A stretch of 44,294 bases of DNA from Veleropilina oligotropha (GCA_048128005.1 JBEUKZ010000111.1:372001-416294); one strand, 5' to 3'; counted from the first letter of the stretch, positions 1 to 11,972 are shown. Notes: a model not told the origin generated them from the letters alone. Numbers and translations are program-made.

Positions 1-999
1 GAAATGAATTTCGGGACATTTAATTGTTTATTAACTGAAAAAATGCATTCAGACATGCATCGGACAACATTTTCAGCAACCTTTTATCGATTGAACAGAC
101 ATACTGTGAAATGTCATAACGCTGTCGTCTGCTATTAAAATAAAACGACCTTGACATTTATTGTTGTGGTAATATTATTAGAACACATGAGAACGAGGCT
201 TGGTGTAAAATGTAGTTATTCTTTATATTTTCAATATTGAGAATAGTTAATAAATATAACATTGCATATATAATAATAGTACTTACTTGATTGTTCCGTT
301 CTGTGTTAGCAATTTGGTGTCATCAGTGATATATACTCACTTATCAACTACATGTATTTACAAATGACCATCATGACATTACGCGATAGTTCATGCTACC
401 CGGATGCGAAGCCAGATATTTCGCCTCCCAGCGTATTCGCCCAGTACATGCTCGTCCCTTTATCTATGTCTTTTCGCTCCACCAATAAAGCTATCGAAGG
501 TGTATATTATATATATACGTAATATAATATTTCTTCAACACAAATTGCGTTTCTGTGTGATATATTTACGAGGTAACGCTGATGCGTGGACTTACGGCGA
601 ACTACAAAATGCAATCTATCATAAACTGTATTGATGTACATTATAATTTATAGTTGCTTGGCGTCCGTTGCTGTATACTTGAGGTCGAATGTCGCCAAGA
701 TACGCGCCGTTTAACATAGAATGTAGGGAAGAAGATTATATATATTATATAATAGAAATATATTATAACTAAACTATGGGGCGAACTGGCATAGTGTGGA
801 ACGACGATGCAGACGCGAATAATTAAGGGGTGAATTATCTGTCACCAACTGCATACATGTATTATTGGCACATCGAGAGTGTATTATTATATTTCTTAAA
901 TTAATATAAATAACATTTTTATGACACCACAATATTGTAGTTTCCTAAATCAATTTATTTCAACAAATTATCATTCAATAATGCATGAGACTACGTAGT

Positions 1000-1036
<37 letters not shown>

Positions 1037-1604
1037 AGTTAAATAAAATGCATAATGTCCAAACAAATCGATCACTAATAGGCACAACTAAGTGATAAAC
1101 GAATCTTTGCTTTTTTCATATTTTATGGATAATATTAAAAACAGAAATAACGGTTAACTTATATATTTATACATACATATACTGTGCATGCCCGCAAAAT
1201 GTAATTCACGTGTTTAATACATAATGAGCTTTATATGATAAGTTCATTTCTTAAAAATAGGTATATAACAATAATGGATATTTACCGATGAGCAAATTAA
1301 TTCAATGAATCAGGGGGAGCACTGATCCCCCCCCCCCCCGAAATATTTACATCTAGAAAAATATTTTTTGCTGTGTATATAAACAAATCCATTATATAAA
1401 AGTAATTCCACTATACAAAACACGCTTTACGTCTATGATAATTAACTATAGTGGATATATAGACGTTCATAGCAGTTCATATTATAATGTATTCATAGGC
1501 GGATCCTGAAATGAATACCTGCAATCCATATACTTTATTACAATGTAATACTCTTAACCGTAAGGGGATATTGAAGTCTATCATGCAGATTATTTTATCT
1601 ACAG

Positions 1605-1897
1605 CTTCGCCAATATCACCTGCTGAAGCAGAAGGTAATTCTCCGGACCAACATGAAGATAGGCCTACAACTCCAGACAAACCAGCAGAGATAAATAGTT
1701 CATCACCTCGACCAAAGCGCAGGAAGGCAGACAGCCAGCGACTTTTGGAGCTGCAATGTGAAGTGTATGAGGGCGAGCTGGTGAAGCAGAAGCTTCAGAT
1801 TGAACTTCTGAAAAATCTCATTAAAAAGCAAACGTCAGAAGCTATTCCACCGTTCAGTCCACTGTCCGGATTTTCTTTTGGTGCTATCATGCAATAA
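1605..1897 (+). CDS. Probable last exon of the Harbinger partner (Myb/SANT-type) ORF, with NLS-like and coiled-coil C-terminus
   Basis: Acceptor-like ttttatctacag ends at 1604. Peptide has PKRRK then a heptad-like LLELQCEVYEGELVKQKLQIELLK. AATAAA overlaps the stop. Convergent with the transposase, as is common for Harbinger ORF2. No Myb domain is visible in the window. Confidence 0.35.
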
Positions 1898-2302
1898 AAT
1901 TTAATAACATATATATATATATTATATATGACATACAGATATCATGGACGTAGCCAGAGGTGGTCGGGGGTTCGATCGACCCCATCCTTCTTCGTGACAA
2001 AAAGAAAAATTTAATAATTATATCATAGTTTATTTCAAATTGCGACCTTGTACTCATACAACGTGGTGAAAAAGGTTCATTAATGTTGGTAAAATATATC
2101 GCATTTGCACACTCAGAATGCAGGAGATAAGGTTTTACGCCATTGAAAACTTTATAAAATGTTTCAAAGTATATTTGATATTGCGACCTTTTAACCTGCA
2201 TAATGCAGGAGCTATAGCGGTGGTTTCATACCGTAATTGTGTAAAATATCATTCGCGCCGGATTCCGCCCCACATCCAATCGGACCGCGCATAATTTAGA
2301 CC

Positions 2303-3790
2303 CTAATTGTATCCCAGAAATTTAACATTTCGGGGATAGTATGGTTTAGGCATCGTTCCGCCGCGGCCGCAGACATTTCTTGTGTGCGCTCTACAGTGAA
2401 AGGTTCTAATCAGATTTAATTCAAATTTGGTATGCACGTCAGTTATAATGAGAACACGCCACCTAACGATTTTCGTCAGTTTCTGATACAAGATGGCCAC
2501 TATGGTTGGACGAGATTTCTTGTGCGCGATCTACAGTGAAAAGTTATTATCCGATTTTATTCAAATTTGGTATGATGAGGACACGGTGCCTATTGATTTT
2601 TGCTACATGCTGGTTCGAGGATTCGCTAGTTTGAAATTCTTGGCTACGCTCATGAACATCACTTCTCAGCAATACAAGCATTTGTCATTTATTATAAGTT
2701 ATATAATGTTCTATCAGTTTTATGTTCATGTTCATGGCATTAAAGTTTAAAAATATAGTTGCACTTGATATATGCATGAATATATATTTCCCATCAACGG
2801 TGATAAGTTATCTTGATCATAGCAATTTCATATTTTGTCACATCTGGGACCACTATACTAGAGGGAATGGCTACTTTAAAGATCGCGCTGAAATCACGTA
2901 CTCGGCGCTAAAATGCGAGAGTTCGCTTGAAATCTAATAAGCAAAGCAACAACCTGCTAATTGAATCCCATATAAAATATTCGCTACTATTTGTCAGACA
3001 TATGTATACATATAAATAGATATTATATATATTGTAGATTGTGTATATGTACTTATATCGTTAAAATTATGTCAAAAAAGCAGAGATAAGTGTTATTATA
3101 TTGTATGTTCTCGGTTATTTACGAAAATCCAAAATGGCGTCGATAAGAAAGCTTTCGAATCGAAAAACAGTACATTTTGCAACTTCTTCTCCTCGTCAGC
3201 TGCTACATTTTACTTTGGGATATCTGTCTCATCATTGTATTTATATGCTATTGCTTGGACTCTTCTATTGAAAAGAGAAATGTGACGAAGATTTATAACC
3301 TTTATTAGTATTGAAAAATGACGATTTTACCTAAATGTGACCAGCGTTAATATTTTCACATTGTAAAGTAGTCAATTTTGCAACTTCTTCTCCTCGTTAG
3401 CTGTTATATTTTACTTTTTGATATTTGCACCATCTGTTCATTTGCATTCGATTTCTTGTACTCATCTATTGTGTAGTGAAATGTAACGAAGATTTATAGC
3501 ATATATTTGCATTTTAAAATGACCAATTTTCCTAAATATTATCAAGCGTTGATATTCATTTTGTGATGGTTTCTCTTCTTTATTTGTTGCATTTTATGTT
3601 AGAATATATTCCCCTTTTTCTAATTTACACTCGATTACATCGACTCGACTATTGTACAGGGAAATCCAACGAAGATTTAATTCATATATTTACGTGTTAA
3701 AATGGTCTATTTATCAACGATGTCTATCTGATATAGTGGTCCATTTCAAGAATACTTCATTACAATGACAACTTGAAGTGGTCCCCATTG
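2303..3790. repeat. Non-autonomous repeat, possibly Helitron/Helentron-derived, with internal tandem units
   Basis: Imperfect 5' palindrome atcccagaaatttaacatttcggggat. Duplicated motif atttcttgtg..ctacagtgaaaag..ttcaaatttggtatg at ~2374 and ~2514. ~200-bp units starting ttttgcaacttcttctcctcgt at ~3175 and ~3377. Confidence 0.35.
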
Positions 3791-4668
3791 TTATTGCGCA
3801 GACAAAATACTGACCGCTTATACATTATATCAACATGCAAAGCAAAACATAGTATGAAAAGCAATTAGTGGATAGCTTTGTTTAAACTAATTGTCTCTAT
3901 TGAAGATAATCGTTTGTTTTGATAATCAATAGAAAAGTAGCTGGGGTCATTTAAATGGTTCCGATTCAGTAACAAAAGATAAATGCATAAGCAATGATTT
4001 CGTTTTGAATTGGCCAATCAATTTATCTAGCAACTAGCCGCGATTAACATTGATCCCTTTCAATATAGGTTGCATTAAATTTCATTTTCAATTGATAATT
4101 ATGCAGTTTCTTTAGTTTGAATGCCGTCCAAATTAAAACAAATCCAAAAAATAAATTCGCAATCGTCTGATGTGTTATTGTAATTGCGTGTTTAATAGAT
4201 ATTTTGTGAATTAAACCGTTATAATCAACCGCATTTATCCCAATTGGGGATTAAATATTATATTCACAAAGCCGAAATTCGCGAAAGTCTCTACGCACAT
4301 GTGCAGTGCGGTAATTACGAGAACAATAGCGAGTACCACATTATTGACGACGAGTCGGCTAATTGGTCAGAGCTTCCAGTCCCTCTAATAGTAGTCCCAG
4401 GTCACATCAAAAACAAACTAAAATTGCTAACTGCATTACATACTCGGCAATGTGATAACTCATCATTTGAAATCTGCTCCTTTGAGATGCGGCTGAAAAA
4501 TTGACATAAGTGGTAGTTGAACAGTTGCCAACTAACCAACAACATTTGAAAACAGACGGTATAACATATATACAATCAGAAATGACCATACTGCTGTTGA
4601 AAAGTATTCAGAAAACGTTGCATAAATATAACCACGGTCCGGCCATGACGTGAGTCGAAGTCGCCGGG

Positions 4669-4925
4669 TTACGCAAAATAATTATGAACTATATATTCTC
4701 CGACAGCTCTTCCGTCTTGCTGTCCGACATGTGCATGCTGATTTGGCCTGTCCGGGCGTTCATTCTCTTCAGCATCTTCCATAGCATCACCCAACAGTAT
4801 GCAGATGTTATGCATTACTGCGCACGCACCAATAATGATGCAAACTCGCTCGGGTACCATTCGTATCTAAAATATTATAAGACATCGATAAATTTAAAAC
4901 AGAATATGAATAAATAACCAAATTC

Positions 4926-4957
<32 letters not shown>

Positions 4958-6925
4958 ACGTTCATTACAATCCATGCATGTGACTTGCTTGGCTGATTGA
5001 TGCTTAATGTCATGTATATTTACAACCATTAGGTTCAAGGCAGGAGCAAAATATGCCCCAAGCGAGAATCAAACCTACTATAGGCCCTACTATAACAGTT
5101 CATGTCAACGGAATGAAGCCAATGGTTTTATAGTCTGTGCACAACCTAAACACCACAGCTGTCCGAGCGGCCTGATACAAGATATACAGTGGGGTGACGA
5201 GTCCAGTGTATATTCAATATTAAATAATGAAAGAGTATATACCTCAGAATGAAGGACATGGAAACGCCTTTTCCAGCGACCAAACATTCTTTCGACGGTC
5301 ACTCTCGTTGTCTTATGGGCCGTATTGAAGCGTTCCTGAGCCACATTTGCTGGTGCCAAATATGGCGTCATGAGAAAGGGCCTGCAAGCATAGCCGCTAT
5401 CTCCAATGAGCATTCCATCTTCAATGTGACGAAAATGTTGCTCAAAATATTGGCAAATGTTTGAGTTTCTAAATATATAGCTGTCGTGTGACGAGCCAGG
5501 CCATGTAGCAACAATATTTGTAAATCGTCCTGCAAAAAGAATACAATATAATTTCATTACAATAATTTTACATTAATGCAATTATTATGTAACGTCGCAG
5601 ATCAAATTAACGATCGATCACCATTTCATTTTTTGGCAGGTGATCGAGATACATAAATTTATTTGATGTCTTAGGTGCAATATCTGTAGCAAGTAGTTTC
5701 TTTTCAATATAAAATGTTGTAGGCCTAGTGGCATGAATTTTTGAAAAGTGCAAGCGAAATATATTAACTTGTATACAGTAATTGCGAATGTTTTATTTAA
5801 TTGTCTGCTATTGACTTAACTGTTGTCCTTCCTTTCTCATATCCATTATGTTATGTATATTTATTTGTGTACAAATACGATTTCATTAAGGAAAATAAAT
5901 ATCTATCTCTATCTATCTATAATTATCTCAATTTGACCCGATTATAACTGAAATATTGTCGGCATGGCCAGTTAACATAAATTCAATCAATCAATCATTA
6001 TATTACAAAATGCAGATGTAGCTTTAAGACAGCCTTATTGGCGGTTAAGGGAAGTAACTCGTATTACCTTATAGATGTCAGATCGACATAATATTCATCA
6101 TGTAGTCATGCCTTTTTACAAGAATACTCTCACGGTAAAATATTAAATACTATATATGGAGCATGAATTAATTTCATTGTAACATTCGCAATTTTATTGA
6201 TATTTTGTCGTATCTTTATAATTACTTAATTGAAAATACGTTTTGGGAATCATTTTGGTTCGAGCGTACATTTAGCATTTCCGTTTTCCTGTTGACTGTT
6301 TACGTTACTATATTATCGGACTCGGTACTACGGTAGTATGTTTATTCAGAAGTACAGAACTATTACCTTGATCGTTGCATATTCCTTGGACGTTTATTGA
6401 ATGCAAGCCTTTTCGATTTACAAACATGTTTTCATGTTCGCTTGGAGCGATGATCCTAACATGCGTACCATCCACGGCGCCGATGACATTTGGAAAATGA
6501 CCGATGGTGAAAAAGCCCTCCTTGATGGCACGCTTCTGCTGTTCTGTAGATGGCCATTTAATAAATTGTTCCTTCTTCGCAACTAGCGCCAAGGACACAT
6601 CTCGCACCACCATCGAAACTGTCGATTTATCTAAGCCTAGGGTATCCCCAATTACTTGTAAAAAGCTACCGCTGGCGTAAAACCTTAGTGCAATGCACAC
6701 CTGCATCGACACGGAGAGTGCATGGTTCCTTACGGACGGGCGTTCCAAATCTTGTCTCAGTAAATTAACAATGAAGTGCAAAGTTTCTCTACCAACGCGA
6801 TACCTGGCTCGCAACTCTTCATCGGTGAAATTGTCTAATTCCGGATCGATACGTTCTCGATAATGCCGTTCCGCGCGTAGGTTAGGTAAGTTGATATTGT
6901 TGTGAAGCAATATTAGATGCGCCAT
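4669..6925 (-). CDS. PIF/Harbinger (HARBI1-like) DDE transposase, 3 exons: 6925-6367, 5529-5243, 4866-4669 (347 aa)
   Basis: GT-AG introns in compatible phase give 1044 nt with no stop. Motifs: [12 protein letters not shown] region, GAVDGTH (D), [13 protein letters not shown] (D), [12 protein letters not shown] (E), ACAVMHN. Confidence 0.93.
5933..5998 (+). repeat. 3' fragment of the SINE family seen at 27172-27385, inside transposase intron 1
   Basis: acccgattataactgaaatattgt...aattcaatcaatcaatca resembles acccgatttataactgaaatactgt...aattcatccatc at ~27328-27384. Confidence 0.55.
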
Positions 6926-6959
6926 GTTGTAATGACGTTACCTGTACCTATTCACGTTA

Positions 6960-7179
6960 TGCCATGGTTACGACGTTACCTTGGTAATTATCTTGTGGTT
7001 AAGGATTTAACCCAGCTATGAAGCCTGGTTAAGTTTTAACCGTGGTTAACACTATCCAAAGTTTTGAACAACCAAGTTAACCACCGGATAAAATGTATCC
7101 GGTGGTTAAGCCAAAGTTAACCATGGTTAAGCCATATTTAACCATGGTTAGCTTAACCAGAGTTTTGAACAACCGGGCC
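6960..7179 (-). mobile_element. Harbinger terminus: TIR (5'-GGCCCGGTTGTTCAAAACTC on the minus strand) plus subterminal palindromic repeats
   Basis: gagttttgaacaaccgggcc at 7160-7179, followed by CAG (candidate 3-bp target). Second TIR core at 7061-7073. Many GGTTAA/TTAACC motifs. Perfect 14-bp stem at 7077-7109. Abrupt AT-to-GC switch at ~7180. Confidence 0.8.
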
Positions 7180-7180
7180 C

Positions 7181-8076
7181 AGGCGAGCGGCTCAGGTTGA
7201 GGCTAAGGTTTGGAATTCTGATGACGAGGCCGCAGGTACAAGCGCCCATCACCATCTCGACATGCACGCAGCATACCTTGGCTGCGAAGACTCCCTTTGT
7301 GGCGGGGTTGGAGAATCCATAGATCTGGTGCGCCAGTATGGGTTCCCGATGAGTATGATGCGTCGAGCGAACGTCGAGGACGTGCCCATGAGCGACGTCC
7401 TCGCCCTGACAGGAGCGGTGCAGCTCGCTGCGTGGCAATTCAGCCCTGAGACGCATCCCTATACCGTAGGTCGCGTAGGCGAGCACCTACGGGAGAAGCA
7501 GGGCTGGATCACTACCCCCGAGCTTGCAGACTTAATTGACTCTGGTGATCTGGTGGAGATCGCAGTGCGCGAGGTGGTATACAGCGTAGGCACGAAGGCC
7601 GCTATCAAGTTCCCTTTGAGAGACCTGGCCGTGCGCTTCGTTGGCAAGTGTGCTCGCCATGGTGATGAGTCGAGCATCCTTGTCCGCGATCCAAATGAGG
7701 CCGCCTACTTGGCCAATGTTCTCGGCGGCACTGACCGTCTCTTGAACTTCGAGAAGGCTGGCAATGTCCACCTCATTCAGTACAAGGACGGCAAGACCAG
7801 GACGCAGTGGTTTCATATCCGAGCCTTCGTACTCGCATATACGAACATCGCCCTCCGCCGCATGCTACGAAGATTCCCACGAGAGGATGTCCTTCGTGTC
7901 TGCACCGATGACTTATACGTCAAGGGCCTGCCCGAATCGGTCGAACATATGCTGGTCCCAGACCAGCCTAGGTATGGGCAGTGGCGACATAAATCCCCGG
8001 ATTTCGAGTGGTGCCCAGAGGCTGCTGCTTGGACGATAGAGCATGCTGGTCGTCTCGACTTGCCCCATGGGGGGGG
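7181..8076 (+). pseudogene. Divergent family-B (probably protein-primed) DNA polymerase domain, 5'-interrupted
   Basis: Frame is open from the Harbinger junction. Motif A-like LDMHAAYLG, motif B-like KFPLRDLAVRFVGK, ~50-aa insert then HIRAFVLAY, motif C-like VLRVCTDDLYV, then YGQWRHK. Confidence 0.7.
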
Positions 8077-9276
8077 AACGCCCCTCCGTTCCCTTCCGAT
8101 GTCGGCGCGGCCACCTCGCGACGCTTATACCTCGCAGGTCAAGGCGGCAGTGGAAAAACCGAGTGGGCAGTTCAGACGTTTCGTGGTTGGAAGCTGGTCG
8201 TGCTCACCCCCGAGAACGACCTCGCCCAAGAACACCGCAACAACCCGAGACTTGGTCTAGAGAATGCACAGGTCCAGACGATCCACCACTACTTATGTCT
8301 ACCCGTCGGCAAACCGATCGAGGATTGGGACCCGGCCGCCCTGGGACACCGACTCGATAACCTAGCCGAGGTTATCGTCATTGACGAATGTTGCAAGGTC
8401 CCCACGAAGACCCTGATGACCGTCCTTGATTATCTCGCCCGTCGGACGTGTCAAATCATCTGCGTCGGGGATATGGGGCAGATCCCGCCATGGGGCGATA
8501 AAGAAGGCCCTCACCGCATGTTAGCAGACTGGGCCCCGGGCCCCCAGAACCTGCGGTGGTTTGACACCGACTATAGGTGCCTGTGTGAGGCGTGTGGCGA
8601 GCCATGGTCCTGCTGTCGCTGTCAACATGGGCCAACGTCGGCTTTGCACGACGTAAAGGCGAGGATGTGGTGCGCTAATGATCAGCAACAGCTCAACGTC
8701 TTCAGAGATAAGTTGGCCGCAACGCCGTTCATAGAAGCTGTAGGCCGCACCAAGCCCGATGACATCTGGATCTGCTCCATGAACGCTCTAGACGCGCATG
8801 TCCAGACCCAGCTGCTCCGGCAGCACAGAAGGACACACCCCCGGATTCCTGCTAATATTCGATTCGACCCAGACGATAGCATCTCGCATCGGTACTGCAA
8901 GCAGGTTCGGCGGATAGCGATACCGGGTAGTCGAGAAACAGTGCCGGCCTATCGAGGGACCATCGTCAAAGTCCCCCTTGAACTAGTCGAGAACGGGTTA
9001 CCGCTTGAGTGGAAATATGCGGGGTGGGGGACGGTGCATATAGTGCAAGGGAAGACCATCCAACCATCCAGGCGCCTATACATCGTCGACCATGGTCTGA
9101 GTGGCTGGGTGAGCAACGCCGTATACACAGCAGTGAGCCGGGCCCGGTTGATGGATCAGATTGTACGGGTTCTGCCGCCTGACGACGCTCCCACCGATCA
9201 GCAGGCCACACCTTCGCGAGAGCTCATCGCCGCAAGGCTCAAGCGCTACGTGGTTGAGGATCGCCAAAAGAAATGA
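8077..9276 (+). CDS. Superfamily-1 (RecD/Pif1-like) helicase domain
   Basis: GQGGSGKT (I), VLTPEN (Ia), TIHHYL (Ib), IDEC (II), VGDMGQIPP (III), DYRC (IV), TVHIVQGKT (V), YTAVSRAR (VI). Confidence 0.92.
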   Translation, partial: NAPPFPSDVGAATSRRLYLAGQGGSGKTEWAVQTFRGWKLVVLTPENDLAQEHRNNPRLGLENAQVQTIHHYLCLPVGKPIEDWDPAALGHRLDNLAEVIVIDECCKVPTKTLMTVLDYLARRTCQIICVGDMGQIPPWGDKEGPHRMLADWAPGPQNLRWFDTDYRCLCEACGEPWSCCRCQHGPTSALHDVKARMWCANDQQQLNVFRDKLAATPFIEAVGRTKPDDIWICSMNALDAHVQTQLLRQHRRTHPRIPANIRFDPDDSISHRYCKQVRRIAIPGSRETVPAYRGTIVKVPLELVENGLPLEWKYAGWGTVHIVQGKTIQPSRRLYIVDHGLSGWVSNAVYTAVSRARLMDQIVRVLPPDDAPTDQQATPSRELIAARLKRYVVEDRQKK

Positions 9277-9504
9277 CCCCACTACACGGGAGCATGCCAT
9301 ACGCTCACCGTCAACCACGTGCTCGACATGATCGATGCTGCAGAAACCAGGTGCGTGGTATGTCATAGTGATCTTCTTCTTCAGGGCTGCACGAAATGCC
9401 ACGGGCAGACGTTCAGTATCGACCGCCTGGATGACAGTCAGGGTCACTACAAGTGGAACGTCCGGTTGACATGCCTGTCCTGTAATCGTCGACACAAGCA
9501 TTAG
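9277..9504 (+). CDS. HNH-type (His-Me finger) nuclease domain, in frame with the helicase after one TGA
   Basis: CVVC...SIDRLDDSQGHYKWNVRLTCLSCN fits the zinc-binding HNH/EndoVII pattern. Same reading frame as ORF 8008. Confidence 0.8.
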   Translation, partial: PHYTGACHTLTVNHVLDMIDAAETRCVVCHSDLLLQGCTKCHGQTFSIDRLDDSQGHYKWNVRLTCLSCNRRHKH

Positions 9505-10457
9505 GCAGGTCTCAGCTGCGACCTTGTGAACCCATGCTTTGAGAATGTCGTGTAGTAGAGCGCGGGTTGGTGGGGTTCCGATACGCGACGGCGAATCGGG
9601 TAGGGCTTATGTGTCCACCATGGATCCGTTGCGCGACGGCGCCCGGTATCTTTCGGGTCTTCTTCGTTTGTGGTGATGTAGACCATCATGCCAATCGGTA
9701 ACAGCGTTTCCTGTGGGGGTGGTTTGGACGCCACTAGCGGAACCTGCGATATCCTTGCTGCCTTCGCTGGAGGAAGACCAGTGAGTCGTGTTGGCGTCGC
9801 ATTCATGGCTGCTACTACAGCTGGAAGAACGGACACCCTCTGGCGGTTGTCCCGGCCGCTGCTCAGCTCTTCATGCGCTTGCTTCCTGAAGAGTCGTTCA
9901 GCTAGCCGGCGGTTGAATGACTCAACAAATGCCTGCGATCGGTGATGACCCGGCGAAGCGCGTCTTATATCGACCCCGTGCTTCCTTAGAAGAGTGGATG
10001 CTTCCCCCTTGAATTCGTGCCCGTCATCCACCATCAGCGTGTTTGGCCAAGTTAAGTGGTGGGGGCTGGTCTTGTAGATGTCAGCAAACGCCTTAGCTAC
10101 TTCGCCCGCCGATTTCGAGAGCGAGAGGCCCCGTCGACCAAGGTCAACGCATACTTGTACGTTTTACGGCCGACCTTGTCATGTGGGAGATAGAGAAGAT
10201 CGGCCTGGTGGAGGACACCGGGCCTGTCCTCTGTGAAACGGGCAAATACCTCTCTAGTGGGGTTTCGTCTGCATGTACCGACCAACCTCCTGTGTCGAGA
10301 TCCACTCCCGGATTCTTTTTATTGAGGCTGCGCCTTTTGGAAGCCTTGAGTGCAGAGCTGAGACGCCCTGGAACCCCCCATCTGCGTAGTAGTACTTGCG
10401 GAGGGTTTCGTCGAGTTCTTTAGCCGTCAGGGGGGGCTTCTGTTTCTTCGCTGCCAT
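9501..10457 (-). pseudogene. Retroviral-type (rve) DDE integrase with two frameshifts
   Basis: Three ORF pieces join as YYADGGFQG..IREWI / HQADLLYL..YKYALTLVDGASR / EVAKAF..LMVDDGHEFKG..QAFVESFNRRL..N.TPTRLTGLPP. Breaks near 10260 and 10120. No chromodomain visible. Confidence 0.92.
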
Positions 10458-10686
10458 CGAGACTTGCGAGGTATTCCAGCAACGTGATCAGTCTCCAACA
10501 GGCTTCAGCGACCGGCTCCGGAAGCTGCCCAGTCGTTGCCCGTAGGTTGGTCGGGCCCGAGAGCACCATGACCGCGAACCGCACCATATTATTTTCGTTG
10601 CGCAGCCAGCAGTCGAGTGACGTAGTACCAAGGGCGGCAAGGCCCACCTCCTGCAAGGCAATGTACAGCTCTTCTGGGAGCCCCAT
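10420..10686 (-). CDS. Small viral protein of unknown function (88 aa)
   Basis: Fills the gap between neighbouring genes and overlaps the integrase start. Preceded by an AT-rich tataataATG context. Confidence 0.5.
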   Translation of the reverse strand: MGLPEELYIALQEVGLAALGTTSLDCWLRNENNMVRFAVMVLSGPTNLRATTGQLPEPVAEACWRLITLLEYLASLDGSEETEAPPDG

Positions 10687-10726
10687 TATTATACATGCCC
10701 CCGGCGAAAAAAATGTCCACTGGAAA

Positions 10727-11165
10727 TTAGGGTAGGAGCTTGTGGGCTACCAACCCGGTCGCAGCCATCCCCAGGATGACGAAGGTTATCTCACGCTTTT
10801 GTTGGTCGTCGCTCGGCGTGTAGTAGTCGGACAGGGCGGGCTCAGGGCCACCCCCCCCCCCCCAGGGCGGGGTCAAGGTGCTTGCCCGTGATCAATGCAT
10901 ACTCACGGATCGCGGCGTCAACATCCCGGAATGTGCCAACGGCATGACCCTGGCGGCGAAGTTCAACGTTCAGCCAATCGAGACGCTCTGCCCTCTTTTG
11001 GGACCATTTAGTCTGAGCGGCCTGGAGCTGCTCTACGGCTTTGTCGTGGCGTTTGCGCTCCTCATCAACACCGGAGCTGCGTAGCTTCGAGAACAGGAAG
11101 TTGGACCCGCTGAAGGCGAGGGCGTTGACGAGAGTGCCCCCAACCAGCATCGCAATGGAAGCCAT
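10727..11165 (-). CDS. Viral membrane/coiled-coil protein, frameshifted at a C13 run
   Basis: Hydrophobic N-terminus and coiled coil. After the run at 10851-10863 another frame continues GPEPALSDYYTPSDDQQKREITFVILGMAATGLVAHKLLP*, giving a C-terminal TM. Confidence 0.7.
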
Positions 11166-11195
11166 TGAAGTGATGCGATTATCTAGCAGGTCCCA

Positions 11196-11435
11196 CTACT
11201 TCAAAACGTCGGCGGGAATGATGCCCTGTTTGATCAGCATGTCCTTCGTCGCCATGGCGAGCGCTACGTCGAGGACGACCATCCCAACATCGTAACCCGT
11301 GAAGTCCAGCTTGGGGCTGGCCCCCTTGAAGGCCATCTTGACCAGGCGTGAGTAGCCTATGGCAAGGCCTGGCACGATGGCCGAATGATAGACGGCGTTC
11401 CCGAGCATTTTTTCATCAGTAATCGGGGTAGTCAT
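11196..11435 (-). CDS. Small hydrophobic viral protein (79 aa)
   Basis: Intact ORF tiled between neighbours, with two moderately hydrophobic helices. Confidence 0.65.
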   Translation of the reverse strand: MTTPITDEKMLGNAVYHSAIVPGLAIGYSRLVKMAFKGASPKLDFTGYDVGMVVLDVALAMATKDMLIKQGIIPADVLK

Positions 11436-11458
11436 GCTGTTGATGGTACCGTTTGCTA

Positions 11459-11972
11459 CTATCGCATATGGAACGGGTTGTGCTCATTCTTCAATTCGGT
11501 GGTGGGGGTGGGGGCCGGGGGAGCCCTGGGCTGCCTCGCCTGTGTTGGTGGCTGTTGATGTGGTGTGGATGGGCCACTGCTGCGTTTCCAGACAACAAAT
11601 AACAACGCAACCCCGCCTGCAGCGAAGAGGGCCCAATTCAATGGGTCCGATTTCCGTGTATCTGACACTGCGCCCCCCCCCCCCCCCGGCGCGAAAGTCG
11701 TTTTCTTCCGCGGTCAGGGTACTGTGTGGCTGTGCCAGTTCCGAAGGAACGACCTGTGAGGTATCATCCAATATGCTGACGGATACTTGTCGAGTGTCTT
11801 CTTTGAGTTTTCTAACCACGGCAAGTAGCCTCTCCTGTTTGGCTTTCCGAGCAGCAGCACCGGCCCGACCTGCAGCCACCTTCTTAGGGTCCTTCCCCGA
11901 AGAAGCCGTCACCCTCTCTATCGGCTGGCTCTCTTGGCTCGCTATCATTTGGTCCACTTCCTGCGTTGTCAT
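11459..11972 (-). CDS. Basic-helix plus single-TM viral protein, frameshifted at a C15 run
   Basis: KDPKKVAAGRAGAAARKAKQ basic segment. After 11673-11687 the alternative frame gives WALFAAGGVALLFVVWKR and a Pro/Gln-rich tail. Confidence 0.65.

Noticed and set aside
1..1500. Left Harbinger TIR or left viral arm
   Set aside because: No GGCCCGGTTGTTCAAAA match and no GC-rich coding DNA were found by eye.
4669..6925. Domesticated host HARBI1 gene
   Set aside because: An adjacent TIR and subterminal repeats, with a junction inside a viral gene, indicate a transposon.
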